From Planctomycetales bacterium (GTDB lineage: Bacteria; 4484-113): a stretch of DNA of 64,000 nt. The notes beneath the pieces were generated by a model. The model worked only from the letters and a program-made list of their open reading frames with translations. It ran no database searches and was not told where the DNA came from. The DNA lies in assembly GCA_037441675.1 (NCBI GenBank), contig JBBIRS010000010.1, positions 1 to 64,000 of the forward strand. Reading direction: 5' to 3'. A program made the translations under genes and the position numbers. Shown piece after piece: positions 10,009-20,034 of the stretch (within the stretch, counting starts at the first letter, position 1; each line of letters begins with the position of its first letter).

Positions 10009-12732
10009 TTATTTTGCGATAAAAAATACTCCCTTTTCAGGGTTGAAGTATTTTTCTCGGACTGCTTCAACCTCAGCGGGAGTTATGCCCTTTATTGCCT
10101 TGATGTAATCGCCATAAGGTTCCCCCGTTAACTCCGCAAGGCAATTGTAAAACGCCTGATTCTTCCGAGTGATTCGCCTCATCTCCATTCTACCTATGGT
10201 TGAATTCACCACGCGTTCCAACTCATTAGGATTTACAACGACCCTTTTCGTTTCCTCAAGAACGTTCCTAATCAATTCTTTCGCCTCATCAAGGTTTTCT
10301 GGGCTAGTTCCCATAGCAAGACTAAACCAACCGACACTACCAATATAGCCAAATCCGGCACCAATAGAATAGGCAAGTCCCTTTTGTTCTCGGATGACCA
10401 TCGCGGATTTATCTGAGATTATTGAGCTAAGAATATCTAAAGCAGGCTTATCTTCCCGTTCAATTTGAAGTCGAGCATATCCAAAATAAATGTAAGATTG
10501 TTCCTTACCAACATTTCTCTCAGTATCCTTCGGTTGATTTGAGTTGAGCATCCATTCCGCTGACTTACCCAAAGATGGAATTTGCCCAAATAATTCTTCA
10601 ATCTTCCTTAACACTTGGTCGGCGTTCATACTAGTTGCCACTGATAGTATTAGATTCTTTGGGTCTGAATAAATCTGTTTGAATTCTTCCAAATCATCCA
10701 AAGTGACTGACTTTACTTCTTCTATATCTCCCTCAACTTTGTTTTCAAGCGGACATCCACTAAAGAAGCCTTCAAAGAACATAATACGCGCAATTTCTCG
10801 GGGTTGTGCATATTTCATTCCAAGAACTTGAAGCAAACTCTGCTTTGCCTTTGTAAGAGATTCGTCATTTATCTTTGGCTGTTGAAGAATTGTAGATATA
10901 ATCTCCAGATTCTCTTCCCAGCTTTCGTCTAGACCTTCTGCCTTAATGTAGGAATATTGAGGCGAAAGATACATATCGTCCATTGGAATGAATGGATTGT
11001 CGTAGAAATCTATGGAAAGACCAAGATCAGAAAGCCTATTATTAAAGTCTTCCTCTGTTAGGTCCCTTGGTCCTTGCGAATATATACGCATCAGAATCTC
11101 AGCGATACCGTTTTTACCGGGTGGCTCTAAAAATAACCTATTTCTGAATAACACAGTTGCGCCAAATACTTTACTACGGTCATCCGAATGAACTATTACG
11201 GTTAATCCATTTCCGAGCACTTCTTTCTTATCAACAGCTCTATTAGCTTGAGTTCTTATGTCTTTAGGATATGGTAAAGCTAACATTCTTAGCGTATTTC
11301 CCCTAAATGAAAGCCCATTCAAGAAAGACTGAATAATCCCAGGAGATAAAGATGCAACTTGTTCTTCAAAATTCTTATAAATGTCCAATCTACCAGCGTT
11401 AATATCATAAGCCCTGAACATTCCGTAGTATAAGAAATTGTCGTAAGCCTTTCGCTCATCCGCAAGCATCTCATTTTTTCTGCGAGCAAGCCATTTCTCA
11501 TCCACAAGCTCATCTCCTAATTTCTGAACAAGTGAAGGCAGATGGTTGGCAAATATTTCAGCGTCATCTGCTGATACCAATTCAACCACTCCAGTAAGAT
11601 AGCTTGCTTCAGGATGGCTTTCCACGCTTAGGGTTAGATTAATATCCTTTCCTAGGATCTCCTTCGCATACATCTGCAATCGCTCCTGCACAAACGAAAT
11701 TGCACATTGCATTACTAGATACTCATCAGGCAATACAGTTGGTTTAAAGTTTCTTACTCTGCTTTTCTCGCCAAAGTGCCGTGCTGAGGTTGTCATATTT
11801 TGCTTCTGTTCTAACATGTAACGCTTTGTAACTGGGTAATCTCTCTCAAATACTGGATTTGTACTGTTGGTGCTACAGAAAGGGAAAAACGGATAAGGTA
11901 ATCGTAGAGGTAGAGCAAAATATACCCTTGGAGATATGCCGGGAAAGTACCGTTTCTCAATCCAAGAACTTCTAGCTCTAAGGGGAAGTATCGGTTCCAC
12001 CTCAAGCTTAGATGGCACCGCCTTGCGGTAGAGCTCTTTTATGTGGTTAAGCATCTCTTCAGGATTGAAATCGCCTATCAGAAGTAGAGTTATGTTATTA
12101 GGGGCATAGTACTTTTTGTAGAAATTCCAAACCTTCTCCCGGGGAATATTGGATATCACCGCCTTTGGTCCAAGAACCTGCATTTCATATGGTGTTCCTA
12201 ACCATAGAAGCCTCTTCCACGCAGATTCAACATTGTAATATGGATCGCTAGTGTCTTTATTTATCTCCTCTAGCACGATACCACGCTCCTTCTCAAATTT
12301 CTCCGGTGGAAGTGTAGAGTTCAGTATCATATCCGCTTGCAAAGCAACTGCTTGCTTGAAAGTTTTGCTAGGGGAAAGAATCATAAATGCAGTGAAATCT
12401 TCTCTTGTAAACGCATTATTATAAGCGCCTAGCCTATCCGCCTCATCGTACAACTCCTCCTGAGTTCTCATAGTAGTGCCGTTAAATAGCATATGTTCAA
12501 GGAGATGCGTAACACCATTTATGTCTGGTGTCTCATTCCGAAGACCAACACCAATAATGACATAACTTACAGCCATCTCTACACGAGAATCCGGAATTAG
12601 GATAATGCGCAACCCGTTGTCAAGGACAGATTCGTACGTTTGAGGAATTCCAAAAGAAGGAAATACTTTCAAGAGAGTTAATAGCGCAATAACCAGTATA
12701 GCGAGAACTATAATGCGAGTGTGACCTTTCAT
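10009..12732 (-). CDS. Exported M16 (pitrilysin/insulinase-family) zinc peptidase, single chain with two halves
   Basis: Signal peptide/TM, inverted zinc motif HLLEH, ERGIVLEE, and C-terminal IREQKGLAY. Confidence 0.9.
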   Translation of the reverse strand: MKGHTRIIVLAILVIALLTLLKVFPSFGIPQTYESVLDNGLRIILIPDSRVEMAVSYVIIGVGLRNETPDINGVTHLLEHMLFNGTTMRTQEELYDEADRLGAYNNAFTREDFTAFMILSPSKTFKQAVALQADMILNSTLPPEKFEKERGIVLEEINKDTSDPYYNVESAWKRLLWLGTPYEMQVLGPKAVISNIPREKVWNFYKKYYAPNNITLLLIGDFNPEEMLNHIKELYRKAVPSKLEVEPILPLRARSSWIEKRYFPGISPRVYFALPLRLPYPFFPFCSTNSTNPVFERDYPVTKRYMLEQKQNMTTSARHFGEKSRVRNFKPTVLPDEYLVMQCAISFVQERLQMYAKEILGKDINLTLSVESHPEASYLTGVVELVSADDAEIFANHLPSLVQKLGDELVDEKWLARRKNEMLADERKAYDNFLYYGMFRAYDINAGRLDIYKNFEEQVASLSPGIIQSFLNGLSFRGNTLRMLALPYPKDIRTQANRAVDKKEVLGNGLTVIVHSDDRSKVFGATVLFRNRLFLEPPGKNGIAEILMRIYSQGPRDLTEEDFNNRLSDLGLSIDFYDNPFIPMDDMYLSPQYSYIKAEGLDESWEENLEIISTILQQPKINDESLTKAKQSLLQVLGMKYAQPREIARIMFFEGFFSGCPLENKVEGDIEEVKSVTLDDLEEFKQIYSDPKNLILSVATSMNADQVLRKIEELFGQIPSLGKSAEWMLNSNQPKDTERNVGKEQSYIYFGYARLQIEREDKPALDILSSIISDKSAMVIREQKGLAYSIGAGFGYIGSVGWFSLAMGTSPENLDEAKELIRNVLEETKRVVVNPNELERVVNSTIGRMEMRRITRKNQAFYNCLAELTGEPYGDYIKAIKGITPAEVEAVREKYFNPEKGVFFIAK

Positions 12733-12928
12733 TGATATTCTCCGGAAGTTACTAATTTAATTATAACAAAAAGTAATGAAACTAAGCCTAGAATACTTGC
12801 TTTTCGTACTGCTTGCTTATAAACGTGAAATAACCACCCCAAGCATATGAATCAAATAAAAAAGCCAAAATATTCAACTGCCTTCCGAAGTCTTTATATT
12901 TTGTCACTAAAGGACTTTAGGATTTATG

Positions 12929-13855
12929 CTAGTTCCCGATTTCTGCGTAAGTATCTTTAACAATTTGAGCACTCTTCTTAAGGCCTTCAATTTCCTCAGC
13001 GGAAAATTCAACTTCTAAGAAACCTTCCACTCCCTTTCTTCCTAAAATTACTGGAAGTGATATGCTCGTTTCATCGGTAATGCCGTAGGCGCCGTTGGGA
13101 ACAACAGAGAGAGGAAGAACGCGTTTTTCGTCAAACTTAATCGCTCTAACAACCTCTGCAATGGCAACTGCAACCGCCCAGGATGCACCACCCTTTAGTC
13201 TTATCATCTCCGCACCCGCTTTTCTATTTTTCTCGTACACCTGTTGAAGAGCTTCTTTGGTAACACCCTTGATTGCATCAAACGCGACCGCCGCATAACT
13301 TGCGTGGCTCCAAATGGGAACCATTGAATCGCCATGCTCCCCACATAGGAATGCATTTACATCCTTTGGATTCCAACCGAATTTTTCAGCAAGATACGAG
13401 CGAAAACGAATTGTGTCAACCACATTGCCTAAGGACAAGACACGTGAAGCGGGGAATCCGCTCTTTTTATACGCACGAAGGTTTAACACATCAACTGGAT
13501 TTACTACAGTCAGAAGAATAGCTTGTGGCGCCACCTCTTTGACAACCTCAACAGCGGAATCAAGAATTCCCACGTTAACCTTGATTAAATCCAGCCTCGA
13601 TTGATCAGGTTTTCTCCTGCTTCCTGCAGGAATTATAACGACCTCACATCCCTCCACCGCGCTGGTTTGTGTGCTTGCGATAATCTCACATTGTCCGGTA
13701 GCGGAAGTGCACTGCAGTAAATCCTCCCTCTCCCCTTGAACTGCATCTCCTAGTATGTCCACAAGCACCAGCCTTCTCGCAAGTCTTTCAGTCAACAGGT
13801 AAAAGGCGGCGGTAGCGCCAACCCGACCAGCTCCTCCTATTATTCCTATATTCAT
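12929..13855 (-). CDS. mdh: LDH-like malate dehydrogenase
   Basis: GGAGRVG Rossmann motif, NPVD, GEHGDS. Arg at the specificity position (AGSRRKP) indicates MDH rather than LDH. GGAGG RBS. Confidence 0.85.
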   Translation of the reverse strand: MNIGIIGGAGRVGATAAFYLLTERLARRLVLVDILGDAVQGEREDLLQCTSATGQCEIIASTQTSAVEGCEVVIIPAGSRRKPDQSRLDLIKVNVGILDSAVEVVKEVAPQAILLTVVNPVDVLNLRAYKKSGFPASRVLSLGNVVDTIRFRSYLAEKFGWNPKDVNAFLCGEHGDSMVPIWSHASYAAVAFDAIKGVTKEALQQVYEKNRKAGAEMIRLKGGASWAVAVAIAEVVRAIKFDEKRVLPLSVVPNGAYGITDETSISLPVILGRKGVEGFLEVEFSAEEIEGLKKSAQIVKDTYAEIGN

Positions 13856-14150
13856 TTCTCCCTCCTATTAATTATTAAAGTTTGTGAATTATTTTACATT
13901 ATCCAACAATACGCTAATTCTGTAAAGCGTAAATTGATTGGTAACTCTCAGAATATAAATAGAGCAACTAAATAATACTGTTTAAGAAGTGAATTTGAAT
14001 TTCGCTCTAATTGCCAGCAGACAATTAGTATCGTTCTCTAAAAGCGTTTAATTAGTTAAAAACAACATCCTCAAAATTATGTTGGATACTTATTCAAAGT
14101 ATAAACCATAAATAGTTGCTTTTTGAACTGTGTCTCAAATTTTTTAATTG

Positions 14151-14159
14151 TGGTATAAT
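14151..14159 (+). promoter_or_regulatory. Extended -10 promoter element (TGnTATAAT)
   Basis: TGGTATAAT about 45 nt upstream of ATG 14205. Confidence 0.55.
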
Positions 14160-14204
14160 ATATTGAACTCGTCAGAGTTTGGCACTGAAAAGCTTGGTGG
14201 TTTT

Positions 14205-14423
14205 ATGAAACTGACGGATGCAATTGAGGACAATAGGTACTCAAGGGAAGAAAGAGAAGAATTAGATCATTTCACTAATTTGATTATTCCAGCCTTCGCT
14301 GAGCGCAATCTGGAGGTGGTTGAACAGAATCTCCATAAGGCTCGTGAAAAAAATTTGGATATTGCGCTAATAACTCTTGTTTTTCAACAGATAAGAAAAA
14401 AAGGGAAAAAGGCGATCCCATAG
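14205..14423 (+). CDS. Small hypothetical helical protein (72 aa)
   Basis: ATG 14205 follows GGTGG and an extended -10. Charged amphipathic sequence. No family recognised. Confidence 0.55.
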   Translation: MKLTDAIEDNRYSREEREELDHFTNLIIPAFAERNLEVVEQNLHKAREKNLDIALITLVFQQIRKKGKKAIP

Positions 14424-14445
14424 CAACTAAGGCTTCACTATATGA

Positions 14446-14641
14446 CTTTTCTGAAATAGTGCATAAGCTCAGGAAGTGAGCCTGCGGTATTCTTAGTGGC
14501 AATAGTGGTAGAACACACTAGCTTTAGGTAAAAGCTTGACTCCGGGATGAGCCTCTACGGCTAAACAGGATGACCATAAAATCCCATCGCTTATTAACAC
14601 TGACTCGTAACTCATTTTCTCGGCAATCTATTTCAGGAGAG
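14446..14641 (+). ncRNA. Candidate structured non-coding RNA, rod-like and 6S-RNA sized
   Basis: Nested pairings found by hand: 14446-14459/14628-14641, 14471-14480/14611-14620, 14483-14487/14605-14609, 14493-14498/14598-14603, 14501-14509/14586-14595. Several G-U pairs favour the + strand. Internal hairpins at 14520-14536 and 14550-14562. Confidence 0.5.
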
Positions 14642-14670
14642 CGTTTGATACCACATATATCTTTCATTCA

Positions 14671-15237
14671 TTACTGCTCATTACTATTCTCTTCTTCAAT
14701 CACTGTCTCATACCTTTCAATAGCATTATGGAAAAAGATCGCCAAAAGTATCGTCAAGACCATATTACTAAGAATCACTAAAATGCATAATACTAGCGCA
14801 GTAATAGGTAAGGTACTCCTTAATGTAACATGCGGGCTGTCAGAGAAGCCTACAATAACTTTACTAATTGGAGTGGCAATTACTTCTAAAGCTGGAAGAA
14901 TGTCACCAAGCAATAGACGAATAAAATAGCTAATCACAAAAGTAACAGCAAAAGCTCCAAATATTCCATAAAGGAAGGGACGCGTAGAAGTGCCGTATTC
15001 CGAAGCCTCAATTAATCCTCCACCAAGAAATGTGATCAAGAAAGCAAGTGCAATTAGTACAGCTGACAACCAACTTAGTATTACAAGCTTATCAGAGCTT
15101 GAAACCGCCCAAGTATGATGCGTGCCCGGCATTGCTTTACCTGCAAAAATTGTCTCCGTTTGAGCCCCTATCACATAAAGCAGAAAGGCTCCAGTTAGGA
15201 GACTAACTATCTGTAAAATAGTTAGGGAAGCTCGCAT
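14671..15237 (-). CDS. Hypothetical membrane protein (about 4 TM)
   Basis: Four hydrophobic segments and an AAGGGG RBS. No family recognised. Confidence 0.7.
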   Translation of the reverse strand: MRASLTILQIVSLLTGAFLLYVIGAQTETIFAGKAMPGTHHTWAVSSSDKLVILSWLSAVLIALAFLITFLGGGLIEASEYGTSTRPFLYGIFGAFAVTFVISYFIRLLLGDILPALEVIATPISKVIVGFSDSPHVTLRSTLPITALVLCILVILSNMVLTILLAIFFHNAIERYETVIEEENSNEQ

Positions 15238-15415
15238 TTCAATCCCCTTCTAAAAGTTACAAGGATAATTCTATCACTCTATCAAACAGATAACTACTTT
15301 AATGAAACCCTGGCTACACATTTCAAGCGTGAAGTTGAGAACTAAAGTATTCCTCATCCCATAAAAGGTGATGCTATAGGCTAACTAAACTTTAACCATC
15401 TAAAATATAGTTCCG

Positions 15416-16423
15416 ATGAATGAAACTAAAATGCGGGTACTTTTTGTTCGCTTCTCTGCCTATGGTGATATTTGTATGTGTTTACCCGCAATTGTGCATT
15501 TTAGAAGAGTTTATTCTGAGGCTGAAACACATTTCCTAGTCGCCCACAAATATGCCGACCTGTTAACAAATCATAAACGTTACGAAATTGATTATCTGCA
15601 TATTTACAATAGAATCGGTGGCTTTAAGGGATGGCTAGAAATGCTGAATACAGCAAATAAACTTCGTCCACTAAAGTTTGATGCAATATTTAACTGGCAG
15701 AGCAATCCTCGCTCTAAAATTCTTCTTTCAGCCGTTGGCTCAAAAACCATCCTAAGCTTCAATCGGTTTATGAGGATACATCAAATTGAAAAAATCTACT
15801 TAACCCTTAAGCAATTTGGACTAAAACAACCAGATAAATTTGAGCCCATACCCCTTGCTGGTGATTCCGAAATAAAATGGGCAAGTGGCGTTCTTTCGCA
15901 CGTTCCAAGGGGAAGGATAAAAATTGTGATAGGAATTGGTGGTCTTTGGCAAACCAAGCTATGGCAGGTAAGTAACTTCATTGAAACGATGAGAATTTTA
16001 TCTAATAGCACCGATGCTCATTTTGTACTTATCGGGGATAGCAGAGATTTAGACCGCTCAGATGCAATATCTTCCGCATTCCAAGACCGTATTATTAACC
16101 TAACAGGCAGGACTACAATTCTTCAATCAGCTGCCATTATTTCTCTATCTGATCTCACAATTTCAAATGATACTTCCACTATGCACTTATCTTGGGTTCA
16201 GGGAACACCCACAATCGGTATCTTTGGCTCAACAGATCCAAAAAGAACAGGACCACTGGGTGAGAAAGCTTTCGTTTTCGCAAGCACCTTGCTACCATGC
16301 CACCCATGCTTTCAGGGCTATTGCAAAATAAGCGAGATTGAAAATCTCAAATGCTTAAATAGCATTAAGCCAGAGGAAGTCGCTGAGAGGGCTGTTCAGC
16401 TTATCTTTAAGAATTCTGGGTAG
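15416..16423 (+). CDS. Glycosyltransferase family 9 (ADP-heptose:LPS heptosyltransferase-like)
   Basis: RFSAYGD, TKLW, NLTGRTT, SNDTSTMHL, IFGST, and C-terminal CHPC..C..C. Confidence 0.9.
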   Translation: MNETKMRVLFVRFSAYGDICMCLPAIVHFRRVYSEAETHFLVAHKYADLLTNHKRYEIDYLHIYNRIGGFKGWLEMLNTANKLRPLKFDAIFNWQSNPRSKILLSAVGSKTILSFNRFMRIHQIEKIYLTLKQFGLKQPDKFEPIPLAGDSEIKWASGVLSHVPRGRIKIVIGIGGLWQTKLWQVSNFIETMRILSNSTDAHFVLIGDSRDLDRSDAISSAFQDRIINLTGRTTILQSAAIISLSDLTISNDTSTMHLSWVQGTPTIGIFGSTDPKRTGPLGEKAFVFASTLLPCHPCFQGYCKISEIENLKCLNSIKPEEVAERAVQLIFKNSG

Positions 16424-16757
16424 TAGCATAAAATTATCCTGCGACTATTTTACCGATTATTATAAGAGGAACAATTGACGAAACATATTAAATGCTTGAT
16501 TCCCCAAGATTTACCAATTATCAAAATAGTACTTGAAAGTTCTTTAGTAATGGACATTGCAACCTGTGGGGCAAGAAAAGGGGATGGAATTGTGGAGTTG
16601 GCTAAAATGATGAAGACTATTTGGCTTCATTTGGCGGACGAATATAAGGAATCTTGCGTAGATGATCGTTTGTGATTTTAATTTTGAGCTATATAACAAA
16701 TGACACTACGATTATAATTAGTGAGATATCATTTCAATTAAAATCAGGGCGAGTTTT

Positions 16758-18188
16758 ATGTTAAAAAATTTTCGTGTTGAGAAGGATACGCTTGGAACTG
16801 TAAAAGTGCCAGCAAAGGCACTTTACGGCGCGCAAACAAGAAGAGCGGTGGATAACTTTCCGATTAGCGGTTTAATGGCTGACCCTGAATTTATTAAATC
16901 ATACGTTGAGATAAAACGTGCTTCTGCGGTTGTTCATAAAAAGTTGGGTCAACTTCCCGCAAGAATTGCCGATGCAATTATTAGATCCGCCGATGAAATT
17001 TTAGCTGGAGAGCATCTAGACCAATGGGTTGTTGATGTTTACCAGGCTGGCGCTGGCACTAGCTTTAATATGAACACAAACGAGGTTCTCGCGAATCTGG
17101 CAAATCTCAAGTTGGGTGGGAAGTTAGGGGACTATAAACCAGTGCACCCCAACGACCATATTAACAAGAGCCAATCCACAAACGACACGTTTCCCACAGC
17201 CATAAGGATAACAACCCTCATACTTCTCAGAGAAAAACTTTACCCTGCAATTACAAACCTTGCGAATGCTTTAAAAAGGAACGGTGCGCAGTTCGCTGAT
17301 ATTCCAACAAGTGGTAGAACTCATCTTATGGATGCAACTCCAATATTAATGGGTCAAATATTTTCTGGTTATGGAGAGGCGATTCATTCAATAAGTTCGC
17401 ACCTTAAATCCGCATCCATTCCGCTACACAGATTAAATATTGGAGGGACTGCGGTGGGAACTGGAACAAATACACATCCGCGCTATGCCAAGATGATGGC
17501 AGAGGAGCTTTCAAGTAGAACAAGACTGAAACTGAAGAGCCCAAAGAATCTTGTTGAGCTTGCAGAAAGTTCAGCGGATTTCTCCTTCTTCGCAGGCACA
17601 TTCAAAGCACTTTCTCTAGAGCTTGGAAAGATTGCTAATGATTTACGATTGATGGCTAGCGGACCCACAAGCGGACTGAATGAGCTAATCCTACCTGCAG
17701 TTCAACCCGGCTCTTCTATAATGCCGGGCAAGGTAAATCCCGTGATGCTGGAAATGTTCAATCAAGTATGTTTTCAGGTTGCAGGTCAGATGGAATGCGC
17801 GATTCTTGCGTGTCAGGCAGGACAGTTACAGATGAACGTGATGTTCCCAGTGGTTGCTCATTCCTTTAATCATTCAATCAACATTCTGGCAAATGCCTGC
17901 ACGCAAGTCACTGAGAAATGCGTAAAGGGAATGGTCGTGAATGAAGAGAGATGTCGAAGATATTTTGAAAGCAGTCCCTCAATCGCGACTGCGCTCAATC
18001 CGCTAATTGGTTATGAGAGGACCGCGAAGCTGGTGAAAAAGGCTGTTTCAGAGAAACGCCCTATTCTTGAGGTTATCCGTGAGAGCGGGCTTTTGTCGGA
18101 GAAGCAACTTGCAGAAGTCTTTAAGCCGGAAAGACTCACAAGGCCTGCGGATATGGGAACAGGTAAGACAAAGAGAAAGTATGACTAA
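16758..18188 (+). CDS. Class II fumarate hydratase / aspartate ammonia-lyase family protein
   Basis: GSSIMPGKVNP signature, SQSTND and GRTHLMDATP. The QAGAGTS loop is AspA-like, so fumC versus aspA is unresolved. Confidence 0.9.
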   Translation: MLKNFRVEKDTLGTVKVPAKALYGAQTRRAVDNFPISGLMADPEFIKSYVEIKRASAVVHKKLGQLPARIADAIIRSADEILAGEHLDQWVVDVYQAGAGTSFNMNTNEVLANLANLKLGGKLGDYKPVHPNDHINKSQSTNDTFPTAIRITTLILLREKLYPAITNLANALKRNGAQFADIPTSGRTHLMDATPILMGQIFSGYGEAIHSISSHLKSASIPLHRLNIGGTAVGTGTNTHPRYAKMMAEELSSRTRLKLKSPKNLVELAESSADFSFFAGTFKALSLELGKIANDLRLMASGPTSGLNELILPAVQPGSSIMPGKVNPVMLEMFNQVCFQVAGQMECAILACQAGQLQMNVMFPVVAHSFNHSINILANACTQVTEKCVKGMVVNEERCRRYFESSPSIATALNPLIGYERTAKLVKKAVSEKRPILEVIRESGLLSEKQLAEVFKPERLTRPADMGTGKTKRKYD

Positions 18189-18552
18189 CGGAATACCGTT
18201 GAATTTTGGCTAGACCTCTATCCCGAATCAACTATCACGTCTTTGGAAAATATCGGACATAATCCTCTACATAAAGAGTCGAACGTCACCATTCTCGCGA
18301 TGCTGTTTGAAGCGCGAACTTTTTTACAGTTCTTACCCACAAGTTCTCGTAATGTTGCTGTTGAGCCTATACCGTGTATTGTGCAGGTTTCCTTCATCTT
18401 CAGTGAATCATAGTATTGATTAGGCAAAAATACGAAAAGGGAAGTCATAGCCTAAAGCCCCAAAAAAATACTAGGCGGTTAACCATAAGTAGGAATTTCT
18501 GTGGTATAAAATAAGAGTGAATTTGAAACTCATTATCATAAAGGAGCATCAC

Positions 18553-19521
18553 GTGCCAAAGTATTTATTAATCTTATTACTTTTTATTTTCACTACCTCT
18601 TTATCCTTTTATGGAAGAGCAGATGAGGCACAAGAAGAAGAGCTTCCCGCTTGCAAATGCCCACACTGTGCGGATGCCGGTAAATGTATCTGCGATGTAA
18701 CAAAGTGCGGATGCGCCCATTGCAAAGCAGTCGTAGAAAATGCTGCTGTGTTAAGCGAGCAATCGGAGGAAGAAAATAATGAAGCTCCCTATTACCCAGT
18801 GGAAGGTGTATGTCCCTTCTGCGGAGCGAAGTGGAATGAAAAGGGCGAGTGCGAGGTGTGTCACTCAAGTAAGGCGCACTTTCACGAGCTTGCGTTCAAG
18901 AAGATTCAAGAGTTCAAGTTAACGGAATCCGTATTCATCGTCAAAAAAGTTATAGGGGCTTATGAAACATCTATTCCTGAGGGTATAACCGCACTTTCTA
19001 AACTGAACGCGCAGGAGCTCAAGTTACGTTGGGAAGATGGTGTTTTCGCGATGTTCTTGAATAATCCCACTGAAACTCCCGCTTCAAAGCTAAAAACCAT
19101 TCTGGGAGTGAAAACTCTTTTGGATGAGAGCTCTGCTCCTAGACTACCTGATGGTTTCGGTTTTCACAGATATGACACCACAACTGCAGTCGGACTAGAA
19201 GTTAAAGGAGAGTATGGAAGTCCACAGGTTCAGGCGTATTGGTGGCCATTAATGGACTATGTCTCCATGAATGGTTACGAGTTCGCCGGGCCTTTTACAG
19301 AGATTTATCTAGATGATCCCAGTATTACACCGAAAAGCGAATGCAGAACTAAATTGCTTATTCCGGTGAAAGCCAAAAGTGAGGCAACTAAATCTACTGC
19401 CTCTAGTGGTTCTGCTGTTGGCTTTTCTGGGGCTGATGAGGAGAAGCCAACCTGTCCCTGCTTCAAAGGTGGAGAGTGTAAATGCCCAGAGGGTTGCGGA
19501 TGTGCCCATTGCACAGCATAA
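18553..19521 (+). CDS. Exported GyrI-like domain protein with Cys-rich (metallothionein-like) N- and C-terminal clusters
   Basis: AAGGAG RBS at 18541 before GTG 18553, then a signal peptide. GyrI-like C-terminal motif (GEYG..MNGYEFAGPFTEIYLDDP..RTKLLIPV). 8-Cys and 7-Cys clusters plus CPFC..CEVCH. Confidence 0.8.
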   Translation: MPKYLLILLLFIFTTSLSFYGRADEAQEEELPACKCPHCADAGKCICDVTKCGCAHCKAVVENAAVLSEQSEEENNEAPYYPVEGVCPFCGAKWNEKGECEVCHSSKAHFHELAFKKIQEFKLTESVFIVKKVIGAYETSIPEGITALSKLNAQELKLRWEDGVFAMFLNNPTETPASKLKTILGVKTLLDESSAPRLPDGFGFHRYDTTTAVGLEVKGEYGSPQVQAYWWPLMDYVSMNGYEFAGPFTEIYLDDPSITPKSECRTKLLIPVKAKSEATKSTASSGSAVGFSGADEEKPTCPCFKGGECKCPEGCGCAHCTA

Positions 19522-19680
19522 TTCGGAGTTTGCAGATGGTGGAAGAATTCAGGTTCTAAATGACGCTTGATACTTTCATAACACGTAGACTTAGCTACTT
19601 CTCCGCCAATTACTAACGAACTAATATAACACTGAGTAAATGAGGTAAAATACCCCATGATCAAATAGCGGAGAAGTCTT

Positions 19681-20034
19681 ATGGAAGAACAGTTCCATTG
19701 GCACCAAGATGAAATGTTATGTAAGTATTTGGGCGTCAATGTAAGCGTATTACGAGGATTTCCTACTGGGAAAGACCCACAACTCATCAACGACTATGAA
19801 AATGCTCCTGGGATGATTGGTTGCACTATCTCTCTTAACTGCGCCATGAACGAGGTTCCCTGTGTCCGAGCATTGATTGACCACCCGGAAAGGTATTTGA
19901 GCTATGAGACAATTGAGTCAGAGGTTTTCAGAGATTTTCTGTTTGAACACAAGCTCTCTAAGAATGATTCTTCAATAGATGAGGGACAAATGCCAGTAGC
20001 GACTGAAGATCAAATTCATCCTAAGTTCACATAG
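19681..20034 (+). CDS. Hypothetical protein
   Basis: 117-aa ORF with GGAG RBS, filling an intergenic gap. No family recognised. Confidence 0.6.
   Translation: MEEQFHWHQDEMLCKYLGVNVSVLRGFPTGKDPQLINDYENAPGMIGCTISLNCAMNEVPCVRALIDHPERYLSYETIESEVFRDFLFEHKLSKNDSSIDEGQMPVATEDQIHPKFT

Noticed and set aside
13900..14088. 9-bp inverted repeat TATCCAACA/TGTTGGATA about 180 nt apart
   Set aside because: Too short in AT-rich DNA, with no target-site duplication or internal pairing seen.
14541..14580. GATGAG-CC-loop-GG-CTAAAC resembles a hammerhead ribozyme core
   Set aside because: CUGA is replaced by GGGA and GAAA by TAAA, and stem III cannot be formed.
16475..16675. 66-aa ORF with a GAGG upstream
   Set aside because: TTG start, no recognisable motif and short length. 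Cannot be supported, though not excluded.
18218..18448. 76-aa minus-strand intergenic ORF
   Set aside because: No RBS or family motif. Likely spurious.
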